The position numbers were made by a program, and so were the translations under genes. Below are positions 38,566 to 50,493 of a DNA stretch of 64,000 bases, in pieces. Within the stretch, counting starts at the first letter, position 1. Every line of letters begins with the position of its first letter. This DNA is from Saprolegnia diclina VS20. Its lineage: Eukaryota. Location: positions 376,008 through 440,007 of the forward strand of contig NW_008246104.1 in assembly GCF_000281045.1 (NCBI RefSeq), given 5' to 3'. The notes under the pieces are model-generated. The model saw only the letters and a list, made by a program, of their open reading frames with translations. It had not been told where the DNA came from and did not search any database.

Positions 38566-41286
38566 TTAGGCGTGGAGGTGGTGGAGCCATGTATGCACTT
38601 GGCTGGCGGTCGGCCGCGCATTTTGATCGTAGGCCAAGCACTTGGTCGCGATCGCTAGCAGCGACGGCGGACACGACGGCGAGAAGGTTGGGCGCAAGTC
38701 GCCGGCGACCACCAGCATCGCGATGCGCGCTTTGGTCATTTGCACGTTGCCACCGGCGTCGGGCAACAGCAAGGAAAAGTCGGCGTACGGGATCTTGTGC
38801 GTATCGAGCTCCGAGAGCAGGACGCCGAGCGAGTACATGTCGGCCTTCTCGCTGTAGCGCACGCCCTTGAGCACTTCGGGGGCGATCCACGGGATGGTGC
38901 CGATCTCCGACGTCATCGTGTTGTCGTCCTCGTCGTAGAGCCGACTCGAGCCAAAGTCGCCGAGCTTGGCGACAAAATCCGAGCCAATGAGCACGTTCTT
39001 GGCCTTGAGGTCGCGGTGGACGACCGTGGGGTCGCACGCGTGGAGGTACCGAAGGCCCTTGACGACGTCGAGCAGCAGCGACGCTTTGGTCACGTCACAC
39101 GCGACGTTGGCGCGCTTGGCGTCCGCGGCCGTCCACGCCAGTTGCGGCCGCGACTGGAGGAGGCCCCAGAGGTCGCCGTGCTCCATGTACTCGGTCAACA
39201 GCGCAATGTTATGCAGATGCGTCCACGTGACACCGAGAAAACCGACCACGTTGGGGTGCTCGAGCTGGCTCATGAGCCGGATCTCGTCCATAAAGGCTTC
39301 GACGGCGGCCGTGTCGTCGGCGCGCTCGGGCCGGAGCCGCTTCATTGCGACCTTGGTCTCACGCCCGCGCAGCACCAAGGTGGCGACGTACACGACGCCG
39401 TACCCGCCCTTGGCGACCACCGCCTTGTGCAGAATGGACTGCGCGGGGATGATGGCGCCGTGAAACCGCGCGTCAAAGCGCACGTCGTTGGCAACTGCGG
39501 CCGCGCGATCGAGAATCGCAGCTTCGAGGTCGCTGCTGCGGTCGGTCGTGCTGAAGAGCCACTTCGAGGTCCGGGTTTGGCGCCGCTTGTAGAACACGCC
39601 AAGCGCCACGAGCAGTAGCAACGCAAAGAGGAGACCCGCGATGATGCTGATGAGGCTCGTGGCGTCGCCGCCTACAGGGGACAGCGGCGGCAGCGGATAC
39701 CTCGTGTCGGGGAGTATACAAATCGGAAACGTATTCCAGAGCAGCTCGGTGCGCACGTGGCCGACGCACGAGACGTTGGTCGTCGTCGTGCTCAGAAAGA
39801 TGTCGCAAGGACCGGCGCCGGTGAAGCGTCCCGCACCGTCGACGTGGTTGATGTACGAGAGGGCGGTCGAGTTGTTGGCGAGATTCGATAGCAGCTGGAA
39901 CTGCGACGCATTGGCGTAGAACGCGCTAATGTTGTTGCGCGCCAGACAGCTAGGCCAGGTGGGGTTAGGGTTGCAGCTTGAAACAGTGTACCGTACAGTG
40001 TTTGGAGCGCGGCGGGAAAGTTGGCGCGAATCTCTGTGATGCCATTGTCCACGAGCTCCCTAGTGTTGCAACACTCGTGATAAGTGCACAGTAGACATGG
40101 ACCGAGGCGTACAAGTAGCCAAGCGACGACGGAAATGTGACGTTGTCAAGGCTCAAGAGGCCATTCGATGACAGATTCCTAACCATGGTTAGACTCAAGC
40201 AGACAATGTGTCCATACAGGTGTAAGAGGAGGGGCGGCCACGTGACGTCATCGATGCGCGAAATGCGGTTGCCGCCAACGTCACTAGTTAGAGTTCAACA
40301 ATGAGCAAGGGATGTCGTGTCGTTGCGGGGCGTACATGGTCACCAACATGTGTGGAAATGCGATATCGCGGAGTGTCTCGAGCTTGTTGTCGGACATAAA
40401 GCTATGAGTGTGATGAGCACAAGCAAAAGACTTGGCGAAAGCATACAGGCCCTCGAGGTTCCATGGTAGGCTGTCGGTGCCATCGAGAGTGCGGATCTGG
40501 TTGCGGTCCAAGACGCTACGCATGCGCGTCACACCTCTTTCAACCAATCGGTAGGGTGCTGTACAGGGCCGCGAGGTTCTTGGCGTTGACTTTGCCCAGT
40601 TTCGAAATCGAGTTGTTCTGGAGGCTCCTACGCGACCATGAGGAGCCGCCACGTCATACAGTGTTTCATACAGTGTTTTGAGCGTCGGTGGAAACGCAAT
40701 GTTGTCGATGGAGCGAATCGAGTTGTTGCCCATTTGCCTAGCATTTTCAAAACCAATGAGCGCCATAGATATATCGACGTGGCGGGCCGCACAAGGTCGT
40801 GGCCGAGATGACGTCGCCGGCAAAGTCCAACGCGAGACTCGGGTTCAGCGTTTGAATCCCGAGGTCGTCCAGCACACTACACACACGGTTGTGAGAACAC
40901 GGGAGGTCCCACCAACAAAACTACGCCTACATGGTGGCGACGGTGCTTGGGAGGCTCTCGATGTGGTCGACGCGGTTGTTGTCTGAAAAATTGACATCGA
41001 GGCCGTTCATGATCGTCATGAGGCCCGCGACCGTCGAGTTCATGCCGTTGCGCCGCTTCTCCATCGCGGCGCGCGAGACGCGGCCGAGCGGATGCCAAAT
41101 GCAGGTCGGCGACAAGAGCGGCGCCCACGTCGACGGGTAGGTGAAGTTGACATTGCCGCAGTCGGTCGTGAACGTGCGCTGCGTGACCGTGCGCGGGAGG
41201 CGGTTGCCGAGGACGCCCCAGATGGTCACGGCGGCGTCGACAGCGACCGCAAAAAGCAAGCTCCAGGCGACTGCGTGGCGGTGCAT
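38566..41286 (-). CDS. LRR receptor-like kinase (TKL group) with intact catalytic motifs
   Basis: Signal peptide MHRHAVAWSLLFAVAVDA, short LRR exons, TM segment IIAGLLFALLLLVALGVFY, then KGGYGVV, VAMK, HRDLKAKN, DFG and WIAPE. Confidence 0.88.
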
Positions 41287-42102
41287 CTGCGTCGAATGGT
41301 CGAATGCAGCATCGCTCGACGGTTCGAACGCGCCGTTAGATCATCCATGGGTTGATGGCGCCAGCTGGGACTGCGGCAAAGAGAGGAGAGTGTGCCACGG
41401 CTCCTGGTTATACTATATTTTGTATGGAATAGGGTTAGGGTTGGAGGAGAGTGGCCTGGCCACCGCCTGTCGGGCAGCTCGGTCCAGAGCTGTCAGGACC
41501 TGCGCCTCACATTACAGCATCGGCGCTATGCATAGAGCAGCGCCCATCTCGGTGCTCAGGAAGGTCGCACGACCACACGAGGGTTCACACCCACAAGTAC
41601 CATGGTGGGCGTGCGCGACAAGTCCGCCACGTCCTTTCTTTGTGCGTCCAGGCGCATCCAGATTGTGAGTTGGCAGCACAGCGCTCCATTTCGCATCATG
41701 GACGCAACATCCCTATCTCGCCATCGAACGGAGCGGGCGACTCAGATCAGGCGCGCGTTCGGATGACGCCACGTGCTATGGCGTTATTCACACTGCATAT
41801 CCTGCGGCAACGTTGCGAGATGGCAAGTCTCGGCATCGACGCGCCGTGCTCAGGTGTATGTATACTTCTCCTCGATCACCAAGAAAGGCGACAAAATCTC
41901 GTCTGCAGTCTGTAGTAAGCAGCGAACGGTGCCACGACGTCTCACCTTCTCACAGTCCTTATGTGGGACAATGCCCATGATGTACCGTGGGGCCTTGCAC
42001 AGTAAATTCGTACGAATTGGCCGGATTCGTGCGAGATTGCACGTGTGTCAACAAAAACAGCAATTTCATGACGTGGCAGGCTGCCATGGACGACCGTTTC
42101 AA

Positions 42103-44689
42103 TTAGATAAGATACTCGGGTGATGGCACGGTCAGTGGCGCCTTGCGGATAAAATCAATCCACTTGTACACATCCTTGGCACTTGGGCGATCCCGCGGGT
42201 CGTACGAAAGACACCGGTCGGCCATCGAGCGCACGGCCGGCGGGCAGTCGTCTCGGAAGTCGAGCGTGGCGTCGCCGGCCATGACATGCACCGCGATGCG
42301 TGTTCGCGACGCGCGCAGTTGATTTGACTCGTCGGCAAACGGTGCTTTTCCCGTATCCATGGTCGCAATGAGGACACCAAGTGCGTAAATGTCCGCCTTT
42401 TCAGTGTACCGGAGGCCCTTGAGTACTTCGGGGGCGCTCCAGGCGACGACCGCTTCGTCATCCGTGCCCGTCACGTCCTCGGCATGATGCGTCGCGCGCG
42501 TCGATCCGAACGCACCGAGCTTGGCTTCGAAGCTCTCGCTCACAAAGATGTGCTCGGCCTTGAGGTCCATGTGAAACACAGTCGGGTCGCAGGAGTGGAG
42601 GTAGCGCAGGCCGTCGACGACGTCGTGTAAGAGCGAGAGCTTCGTGACGCCAGTACCGCTCATGTCATCGAGCCAAGCATGCATCGGTGGCTCCTGGAGG
42701 AGCGACCAGAGATCTCCGCGCTCCATGTACTCGGTGACAAGCGCGAGTTGTTTCACGGTTCGCCACGTCACACCAATGAAGCGCACGATCTTGGGGTGGT
42801 GCAGCTGGGCGTGGAGGCGGACATTCTCCAGGAAAATGCCCACTGCGTCCGGGTCGTCCGACTTGTCCGGTGGCAACGACGTGAGCGTGATCATCTCGGC
42901 GTCGTCCGCGCCGGCCGCCTGGTACAGTGCGCGGTGTACCAAGCTCAGTTCGCGTCGGTAGAGCAGATGCCCTCGCGTGAGCGCCGATTGCGGTATAAAG
43001 TGGTCTCGAAACTCGGCCTCCAAGTGCAAACTCGCGCGCTCAAGCGGCGTCGGGGTCTGCGCCGACGAGTACCACGATCGAACGTCCATCTCGATCGGCG
43101 TGGACTGGCTCATTCGGACACGCTTCCGACGCCGACAGACGTAGCAGACGACGGCAATGACGAGAAGGACCGCAAGACTGACGCCACCGCCAATGGCAGC
43201 CGCATAGGGAAACACCGCCGCGTCGGCGTCCGAGATTATCGACGCATCGGGCAAGAGGCAGACAGGGTAGAGACCCCAGAGCAGCGCCATGCCGTAGTGT
43301 CCTGCGCACGCCGTGCTTGTTGCGTTGACTTGGAGGAGGCAGTCGTCGGCTGGCCGCCCAAGGGACTCGAGCAAAGCGTACTGCGACGCGTTGGCGTACA
43401 ACGCTTGGACAGGGTTGGGCCCGAGACACCTACGCAGACCAATCGAACCGCAGACCTACACGGCGGGACGTACAGGCGCCGGAGAGATTTCGGAAAAGCA
43501 GCTCGGATTTCCGAAATGGCATTGTGCCCAAGTTCTCTACAGCGCAGGTGAAAGACGCACGCTGAACCCGATCATGTACAGCTGCTGTAGCGTCTCGGGA
43601 AACGACACGTTGCTCAGGGACGTCAGCGCGTTGTTGGACGCATTGCTACAGCCGATTGCATGAGACTACGTGGTCATGAGGATGCCGTACAGCGTGAGGA
43701 GGCAGGGTGGCCACGACACAGTTGACAGGGACCGCACTTGGTTGTTGGCCACGTCGCTAGGAGAGACCTTCAAGGATGAAATCTTCAACGAAATATCCAG
43801 TACAGGTGCTGTAAAATGGGCGGGAAGGCGGCGCTGGCGAGTGTCTGCAGCGCATTGCCGCTGAGGTTGCTACGTATCTGGTCATAAGAACCTATTCGAG
43901 TTACGAGCCAGGGTGCCAAACAGGAGCTGGAGTGATGTCGGCAACATGTCGGAGGCTGTAAGTGCCGTGAGCTTGTTCAAGGACACATCTCTACGCAGAG
44001 CAAGGTACTCGTCTCGAAGCGGTGTGACGGCGCACGTACAGCGAGGCGAGGACGGGCGCTAGGACCGCGCCGAGGGACCGCAGTGCATTTTGTCGCAAGC
44101 TTCTACGCAGCGTTTCGCGCCAAGATCGCAGACTCATTGTCATACAAGGTTGTGAGCTGCGTCGGGAATTGAACTCCATCGATGGTCGCAATATGATTCC
44201 GAGCCAGTAGCCTAGTCCCATTATGCGTTGAGCGACCGCGCATTCGTGCTTCCGCATCGGGAGAACGTACAACGAGCTCATGGCGACGATGCGACCCATG
44301 TCGTCTCGGCGCAGATCTTGCTGAAGACGCACCAAGCCGACGCTGTCGAGTGATCTACATCAATAATGACCAATGTGAAAACGATTTTCAAATGCAAATG
44401 ATACGCACAGCGCTGTCGTTGCCGCGGGGAGGCGCTCGAGGTACTGAACGTGGAGGCTTGCGTCGGTACCGAGAAGTTCGAGACCGTTGGTCGTAGCGAC
44501 GCCGCCGCTGCTGACAGACCCATTGGCGTACCAAATGCAGCTCGGTGCCGAGGCGTTGCCGAAGCACGCATGGTCGCACCACGCTGTCGTGTACGTGCTC
44601 TCGCTCACAAAGAGCGGTGGGCCCGTGAGGTGGCCATAGAAGCCGGTCGGCATGGCTGCCATCGAATTCTGAAATGGCGTCGACAGCAT
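42103..44689 (-). CDS. LRR receptor-like pseudokinase (TKL-derived); 5' end uncertain
   Basis: Same LRR exon layout and a TM segment (IGGGVSLAVLLVIAVVCYVC). The kinase fold has no Gly loop, ITLT in place of VAxK, HMDLKAEH in place of HRDLKxxN and AFG in place of DFG. Confidence 0.8.
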
Positions 44690-45872
44690 CCGTGTTCAAC
44701 ACGTGGTTCTAGATTTGTCAATGTAGACAACCACGAAGATCCCGAGGCGCTATGGAGTGGTGCAGCGTCGCAGTCGTCACACAGCTGGTACAACTCAAAT
44801 CTCCGCCGCGCGGTGTCGCGTGCAGGCGCTTCCGATCCCTTGCGTCCGAGGCCACTCGACTGCGCAATGGCGGCGTGGGGCAAGGGAGCCGTTCGTCTCG
44901 GCGTGCAAAGACGGTCGCGAGGCGCACTCTAGTCATTTGGCGTGTGTCACCACCCCGCGCGAACCTTTCAACTGGCCACTGAGACGGAGCAGCTGGCGGT
45001 CAAGTCCATGACGTCGCCAACAACGTAATACGTACACTGCAAGTCGTGTCGAAGTGTAGCTATTTACGTATCGAGTCGTCTCGCGAGTCCCTTGCTGGGC
45101 TCATACACGACTAGCAACACCGACGAGACCACACGTCTTCTGGAGTGCTGACGGACTGACGTCCGCGTAGTCCGAGTCACTTGCGTGCGTGCATTGTCTA
45201 TGTGCTTCTAGCTCTTCTGCAAGCACTGAGCGAACGTGTCGTCAGACCAAGGAAGTCGCTGCGAACCAAAGTCGCAAGTGCACAGAGTCCGTTCTTCCGG
45301 ACCTGTCTACGACTGCAAACGGCGAGTTGATTTCATCGACGCTCGACGGTGGGACGCACATGGCGCGTCACCCACAACGTTGACTCGACCTCATCATTCC
45401 GAGATGTACCCACTGCTTCATTTGTGAAGATCGTCATGCCAATCGATAGGGCAACTGGAGGCGCGAATGATGGTAGCGAGAGTGTACGTCCAAGGTCCCA
45501 CAGGGCCAAGGCGGCAGCTAGGGAAGATGGTTCATTCTTCCCTTGGGGCAGCCGCGTACGTCGTCGTGCTCTGTCACGTGACGCGTGTGCCTCCTCTCAG
45601 TGCTGAGGTGCGACGGAACGGACGCTTCCGAGGGGCCCGTCAGAGGTTGTTGCGAGTAGCCATGTGGCGACCCTTGGCGCGCCCACGCCACGGTGATATC
45701 TCGTGCAATGACACCAACTCGGAACGAATGTATCGCAGGATTGGCTTGCCCGACCGATGGCAACGAGGTACGCCTGCAAGAGTAGCCCAACAGACAACGT
45801 ATCCAGGATAGCTATCCACTCGAGTATCCAACCGTCCAATGTCGACCGAATCGATTCAATGGGTGTTGGATA

Positions 45873-46902
45873 TTACGCAGTGGGCTTGGGCACGCCATGC
45901 TTGAGAACAGCGCGGCCGAGTTCGCCGACAAAAATGCTGCCTTGCGTCGGCCTACAGGATAGATCTAGGATAGAATCGGATGCGGACAAGGATGGAGATA
46001 CCCGTGCTGCAGCTTTCGAATGCCGTTGATCACCTCGCGCGTCTTGGAGATGTAGACGCGGTCGAGGCTCGAGCGCATCTCGATCTCCATGTCCTCGATG
46101 AGGTGGCCCATGTTGGTGAGGTGCGCGCTGGGACCGTCAAAGGGCAGCACCTTCTCTGTCTGCCGCGTCAAGTTGCCGTCGAGATTCAAGTGGCCGAGCT
46201 CGTTGCGGTTGACGTCCATCGTCACGAGGATCGTCGTCGTGAGCTTGTACACGGCTTCCTTCGCGCTCTTCTCTTGCACCTCAATGACATGGATCGAGTT
46301 CCACCCGCCGTTCTGGACAAACCTACGAGAGCGACGACGTCATATGCAGGCTACTAGGATGGCAAGTTGCCGGTACCGCTGCTGGTGCACGTCCTTCTTG
46401 ATGAGAAAGCACGCCGCAAAGCCCGGCTCCAAGTCCCACATATACACGGACGAGATGCCACCTATGATGGGCCAAGACCCTTAATGTAGCAGAGCATGCG
46501 AGCAATACCTTGGTAGTACATTTCGCGGTACACGTCAAAGATCTCGTTGGCTTGAATCTCGAGCTGGCGCAGGCTGTCGGACGGCGTGAAGCCTTCGCCG
46601 TCGTCAATGGGCGGAAAGTACGCGTTCGTCCACGGCGACCTAGGCGCATTGAGCACGCATGGCGTGGGCGAGGATATATGAGGCTACCGGTGCGAGTCGC
46701 CGTCGCGGTTGTAGTCGCAGAGGAGGAAGGCGCGGCCGGTGGTCGGGTCGACCATTTGGCCGAGCGGCTGGTCCACGCGCTGGAGAAGCTCGTCCTCGAG
46801 CTCGGGCACGAGCTGGCAGAGGCCGGCGAGGTCCGTGGCCACCTGCCCCGGGGGCATCCGGCGCAGCACGTTCAAGCAGCAGCTCAAGGCGTCGTCGCTC
46901 AT
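45873..46902 (-). CDS. CAPZB: F-actin capping protein beta subunit (multi-exon)
   Basis: LNVLRRMPP, LLQRVDQPL, FLLCDYNRDGDSHRSPWTN, SSVYMWD, WNSIHV, YKLTTTI and NMGHLIEDME. Confidence 0.93.
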
Positions 46903-47175
46903 GCTTGCACAATCTTCGTCTTTGGCCCCTCGTCGTCAACCAACATTCTGCACATCGGCCAAGCGCGAGGTTTTACTGTATATTTAGATACTTTACAGTA
47001 TTCATTAATACAGGATATCGAGTATATTGGCCAAGTTTCGCAGCAACGACTGTCAACGAGCGCTCAACGGACTCTTCCTCAGCTGGATGTAGCCAGGTCA
47101 TCTCGTCAGGCTCTTCTCGAGCGTAAGGCGCGGGATCGCCTCGCGCATCTAGCGCATACCCATGATGAAGAGGTT

Positions 47176-47306
47176 GAGGAGAATAGTCGGCGTCGTCTAC
47201 CCGCACCATCTCGCCATGCCCAGCTCGCTTGGCCGCCAAAATGGAACCGTTGGGTGTTATTGGTCTTTTTGGTACGGAGAATCTAATTGCACTCTTTTGG
47301 CGCCTG
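47176..47306 (+). repeat. Dispersed repeat A, copy 2
   Basis: Matches 22484-22614 in the same orientation. Confidence 0.85.
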
Positions 47307-47635
47307 GTTGGCGGATGGGCGAATGTACCAGAAGTGTGGCATTCTTCAATTGTTTGGACACGGCACAAGAGAAGAGAGAAGAAAGGAAGCAGGGGCAACC
47401 ACTGGAAAAGAAGCCATTGGTTGGGCGCAGCGAATGGTACCCACCATAGCCGCGCTCGCGTGCATACAACAAAGGCCCTGTCCAAACATTATACTACACC
47501 AAACAATTGCAACCCGGCCAACTCCAAATCCCTTCCAAACCTACCCCTGATGCGGGCGACGGAGACGACGACGCTGTCGCGGACCATGGCCGAGGCCGAT
47601 CAAATGACCCGTGGACGAAGAAGGAAGCGCTCCAG

Positions 47636-48165
47636 NNNNNNNNNNNNNNNNNNNNNNNNNNNNNNNNNNNNNNNNNNNNNNNNNNNNNNNNNNNNNNNNN
47701 NNNNNNNNNNNNNNNNNNNNNNNNNNNNNNNNNNNNNNNNNNNNNNNNNNNNNNNNNNNNNNNNNNNNNNNNNNNNNNNNNNNNNNNNNNNNNNNNNNNN
47801 NNNNNNNNNNNNNNNNNNNNNNNNNNNNNNNNNNNNNNNNNNNNNNNNNNNNNNNNNNNNNNNNNNNNNNNNNNNNNNNNNNNNNNNNNNNNNNNNNNNN
47901 NNNNNNNNNNNNNNNNNNNNNNNNNNNNNNNNNNNNNNNNNNNNNNNNNNNNNNNNNNNNNNNNNNNNNNNNNNNNNNNNNNNNNNNNNNNNNNNNNNNN
48001 NNNNNNNNNNNNNNNNNNNNNNNNNNNNNNNNNNNNNNNNNNNNNNNNNNNNNNNNNNNNNNNNNNNNNNNNNNNNNNNNNNNNNNNNNNNNNNNNNNNN
48101 NNNNNNNNNNNNNNNNNNNNNNNNNNNNNNNNNNNNNNNNNNNNNNNNNNNNNNNNNNNNNNNNN
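47636..48165. other. Assembly gap
   Basis: Run of N. Confidence 1.
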
Positions 48166-49374
48166 GACGACGGATTGAACGTGGCCGTGTCAGCATTTTA
48201 GCCAATCGCAACGGCCAAATCAATTATTATTGAGCGGCCAATCCATATCTAGTAAGTGACCCATTTCTGCCAATCAGTACGCATGCCGGAAGCACCCATT
48301 TTGCACATTTCCCGAGACGCCGACGTCCGATGGCCGTGCCACGATGAGGCTCTTCCACGCCGCGTATTGCAAGATTTACCGCAAAACTCCACGAACAAAC
48401 GCACCTGTCCAGGCGATGGGAAGCAAGCGCCTGGCACGAGCCGAGCGCGGCCAAGACAGTCTCGTACGCTGTCTTTTTCTAAGCGCCATGTAGCAGAGCG
48501 TCCTGCAGTTGGCTTTGGACGACGTGACGGCAAGGTCCCACCATGGCGATGGACATGACAGCAGCGCGCAAGAGGAGCCGCATGCAAGCCTGTCGCTATC
48601 GTCGCTGATGAGACGAGAGGCGCACGGCCGAGATCCTCGTAGGTGTACTGAGAACTGCTGTGAGAGCGACTTGAGCGCGCATGACGAGCTTATGTAGGAC
48701 GAGATACGACCATTGCTGCCCGCGCGCGCGCTGAAGGCGTCGCTCGCGAGGCGCACGCCAGACGACGTTGCGGCGCACACGATGCCGGACAGCGTGGCAG
48801 CCGTTGTCTGTTTTTGGGCAGCTCTCGACTAGAGTTAACCTCGTGTTTTGGTGAATCGTGACGAGATGTAGCACGCGAAATAGTCTGTGACTGTATTCTA
48901 TGTTAACTGTGTAGCTTTGTCTTGAGCCAAACAACCAGCGCGACGCAATGCCTTTGCCTCTGCATCTTGGACGAAGTCAAGTCCGAGTCGGTTTTGCAAG
49001 ACAAAAAGTCGGCGCTCATGCCGACGAGACCCATGTGTAGTGTGTACCGGCGACGAAGAAGGCGTAGACAGGACGGTCGCGGCCTTGTACTGGTGCCATC
49101 GGCGGCTCATGCTGCTTCTGTGTGGCACGCAAAAAATGGGATCCCACTCCGAAATAGGTCCTAGAACGAGGGCGTTTTGGCCTTTTTCAGAGCAAGTCCT
49201 CAAATTGAAGATCTCAAACGAGACGGTCGGCTCTGATTGGCTGGTATAAATAAAAGATAGGCCCCAAGCCCCCAAGCCCAAGCTGCAGAAGGTTGACCCA
49301 ACCTCCAAATTGAGTTTTCGCTCTCGTTTATTATCCAAACAGCAACAACAGCAGCAACACCAACAAGAGCAAGA

Positions 49375-49791
49375 ATGGACGCCATTCACCAAATCCTCGT
49401 GTGGCTCGTGCGCACCCATCAAGTCATCATCACCTTCCGGTTCGTCACACACGTATTCCTGCGACCGCTCTTCTGGATCGCGGTGCGCCTCGCGCCACCA
49501 CTCGCGCGCTATGCCATATACAGCTTCAACGAATTCGTGCGCAGGGAAACGAACAAGTTGGCGCGCAAGTTTACCACCCAGGCGATCGCCGAGTTTGGCT
49601 TCGTCGCCACCATCGCTGCCATCGCCAGTGTCTATATCATCACCCGGTATATCTCGCCAGAGACCCGGATGCTGAGCCCAGACCCTCGGCACAAGTGCTG
49701 GAACAAGTTCCTCGAAGCCGTCTTGTACGAGCCGACGGAAAAGCCTCGGCGGCGCCAGAACCAGCGATGCTCCAGTAATGCATCTATGTAA
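49375..49791 (+). CDS. Hypothetical small protein with hydrophobic segments
   Basis: 138-aa ORF preceded by an inverted CCAAT, TATAAATAAA and a CAA-rich leader. Hydrophobic stretch FGFVATIAAIASVYII. Confidence 0.5.
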   Translation: MDAIHQILVWLVRTHQVIITFRFVTHVFLRPLFWIAVRLAPPLARYAIYSFNEFVRRETNKLARKFTTQAIAEFGFVATIAAIASVYIITRYISPETRMLSPDPRHKCWNKFLEAVLYEPTEKPRRRQNQRCSSNASM

Positions 49792-50415
49792 TATTATCTG
49801 CAATGCCACGATGCTGCGGCAGCACAAACAGTTTGTGTGAACGGTGGGATGGGATAATATGCACTGGTTCCGTGTCGTGGTCTTGGAAATAGCGTCGGTC
49901 GATGGCGATGAGACATCTTGGATGCGTGTGCGGGTTGTGCGAGCGGCGCGTTCGGCTTTGGCCGCTTGTCGGTGCTTTGGCCGCTTGTCGGACGGCGACG
50001 CTGGACATGTCCGCGGCGGCATTCGAGCACTTGGGATACGGGTGACGAAAGCAGTCGGAGGTTGAGGGACGTATTGGGCGCATCGAGTCGATGCTGATGC
50101 ACTTGGGTCGACGACCTCGCCTGGTTGTAGTGTCAGAGTTGGGCTCGTTGGAGCTCGGTGGCATGAGTGAGCACGCGTCAAGAGGGCCAGTTATCTATGT
50201 CATATGACAGACAACAATGAAGTGATAGAGTGTCATAAGTATGGAGCCGCGTATCGTGTGTTGAGGCCATTAGCTGGAGTTGCATCCAGTGCGCTTACTG
50301 GTCCTTCAGATTGGCATCGGGGCAGCGCGCATCCTACCGATATGCCATCGACACGTCAGTGTTTGTTCTTTCTACCCAATTGCAATAGTCCAACACGCAA
50401 ATCTCGATCAAACAC

Positions 50416-50471
50416 ATATATATATGAACGTGTTTCGCGTTATCTTCATAGTTAGACAAAGACTTCGCATA
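50416..50471 (+). repeat. Dispersed repeat B, copy 1 ((TA)n-anchored, about 55-65 bp)
   Basis: (AT)n GAACGTGTTTCGCGTTATCTTCATAGTTAGACAAAGACTTCGCATA; also at 57235-57300 (-) and 62007-62070 (+). Confidence 0.85.
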
Positions 50472-50493
50472 ATACAATTAGAGGACGCGTCGT

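Noticed and set aside
38221..38870. C-terminal extension of the 907-aa OGDH ORF
   Set aside because: Read-through of the last intron; the true final exon is in another frame and stops at 38415.
39961..41443. GGGTTAGGGTT telomere-like words at about 39962 and 41432
   Set aside because: Under two units each; not an interstitial telomeric array.
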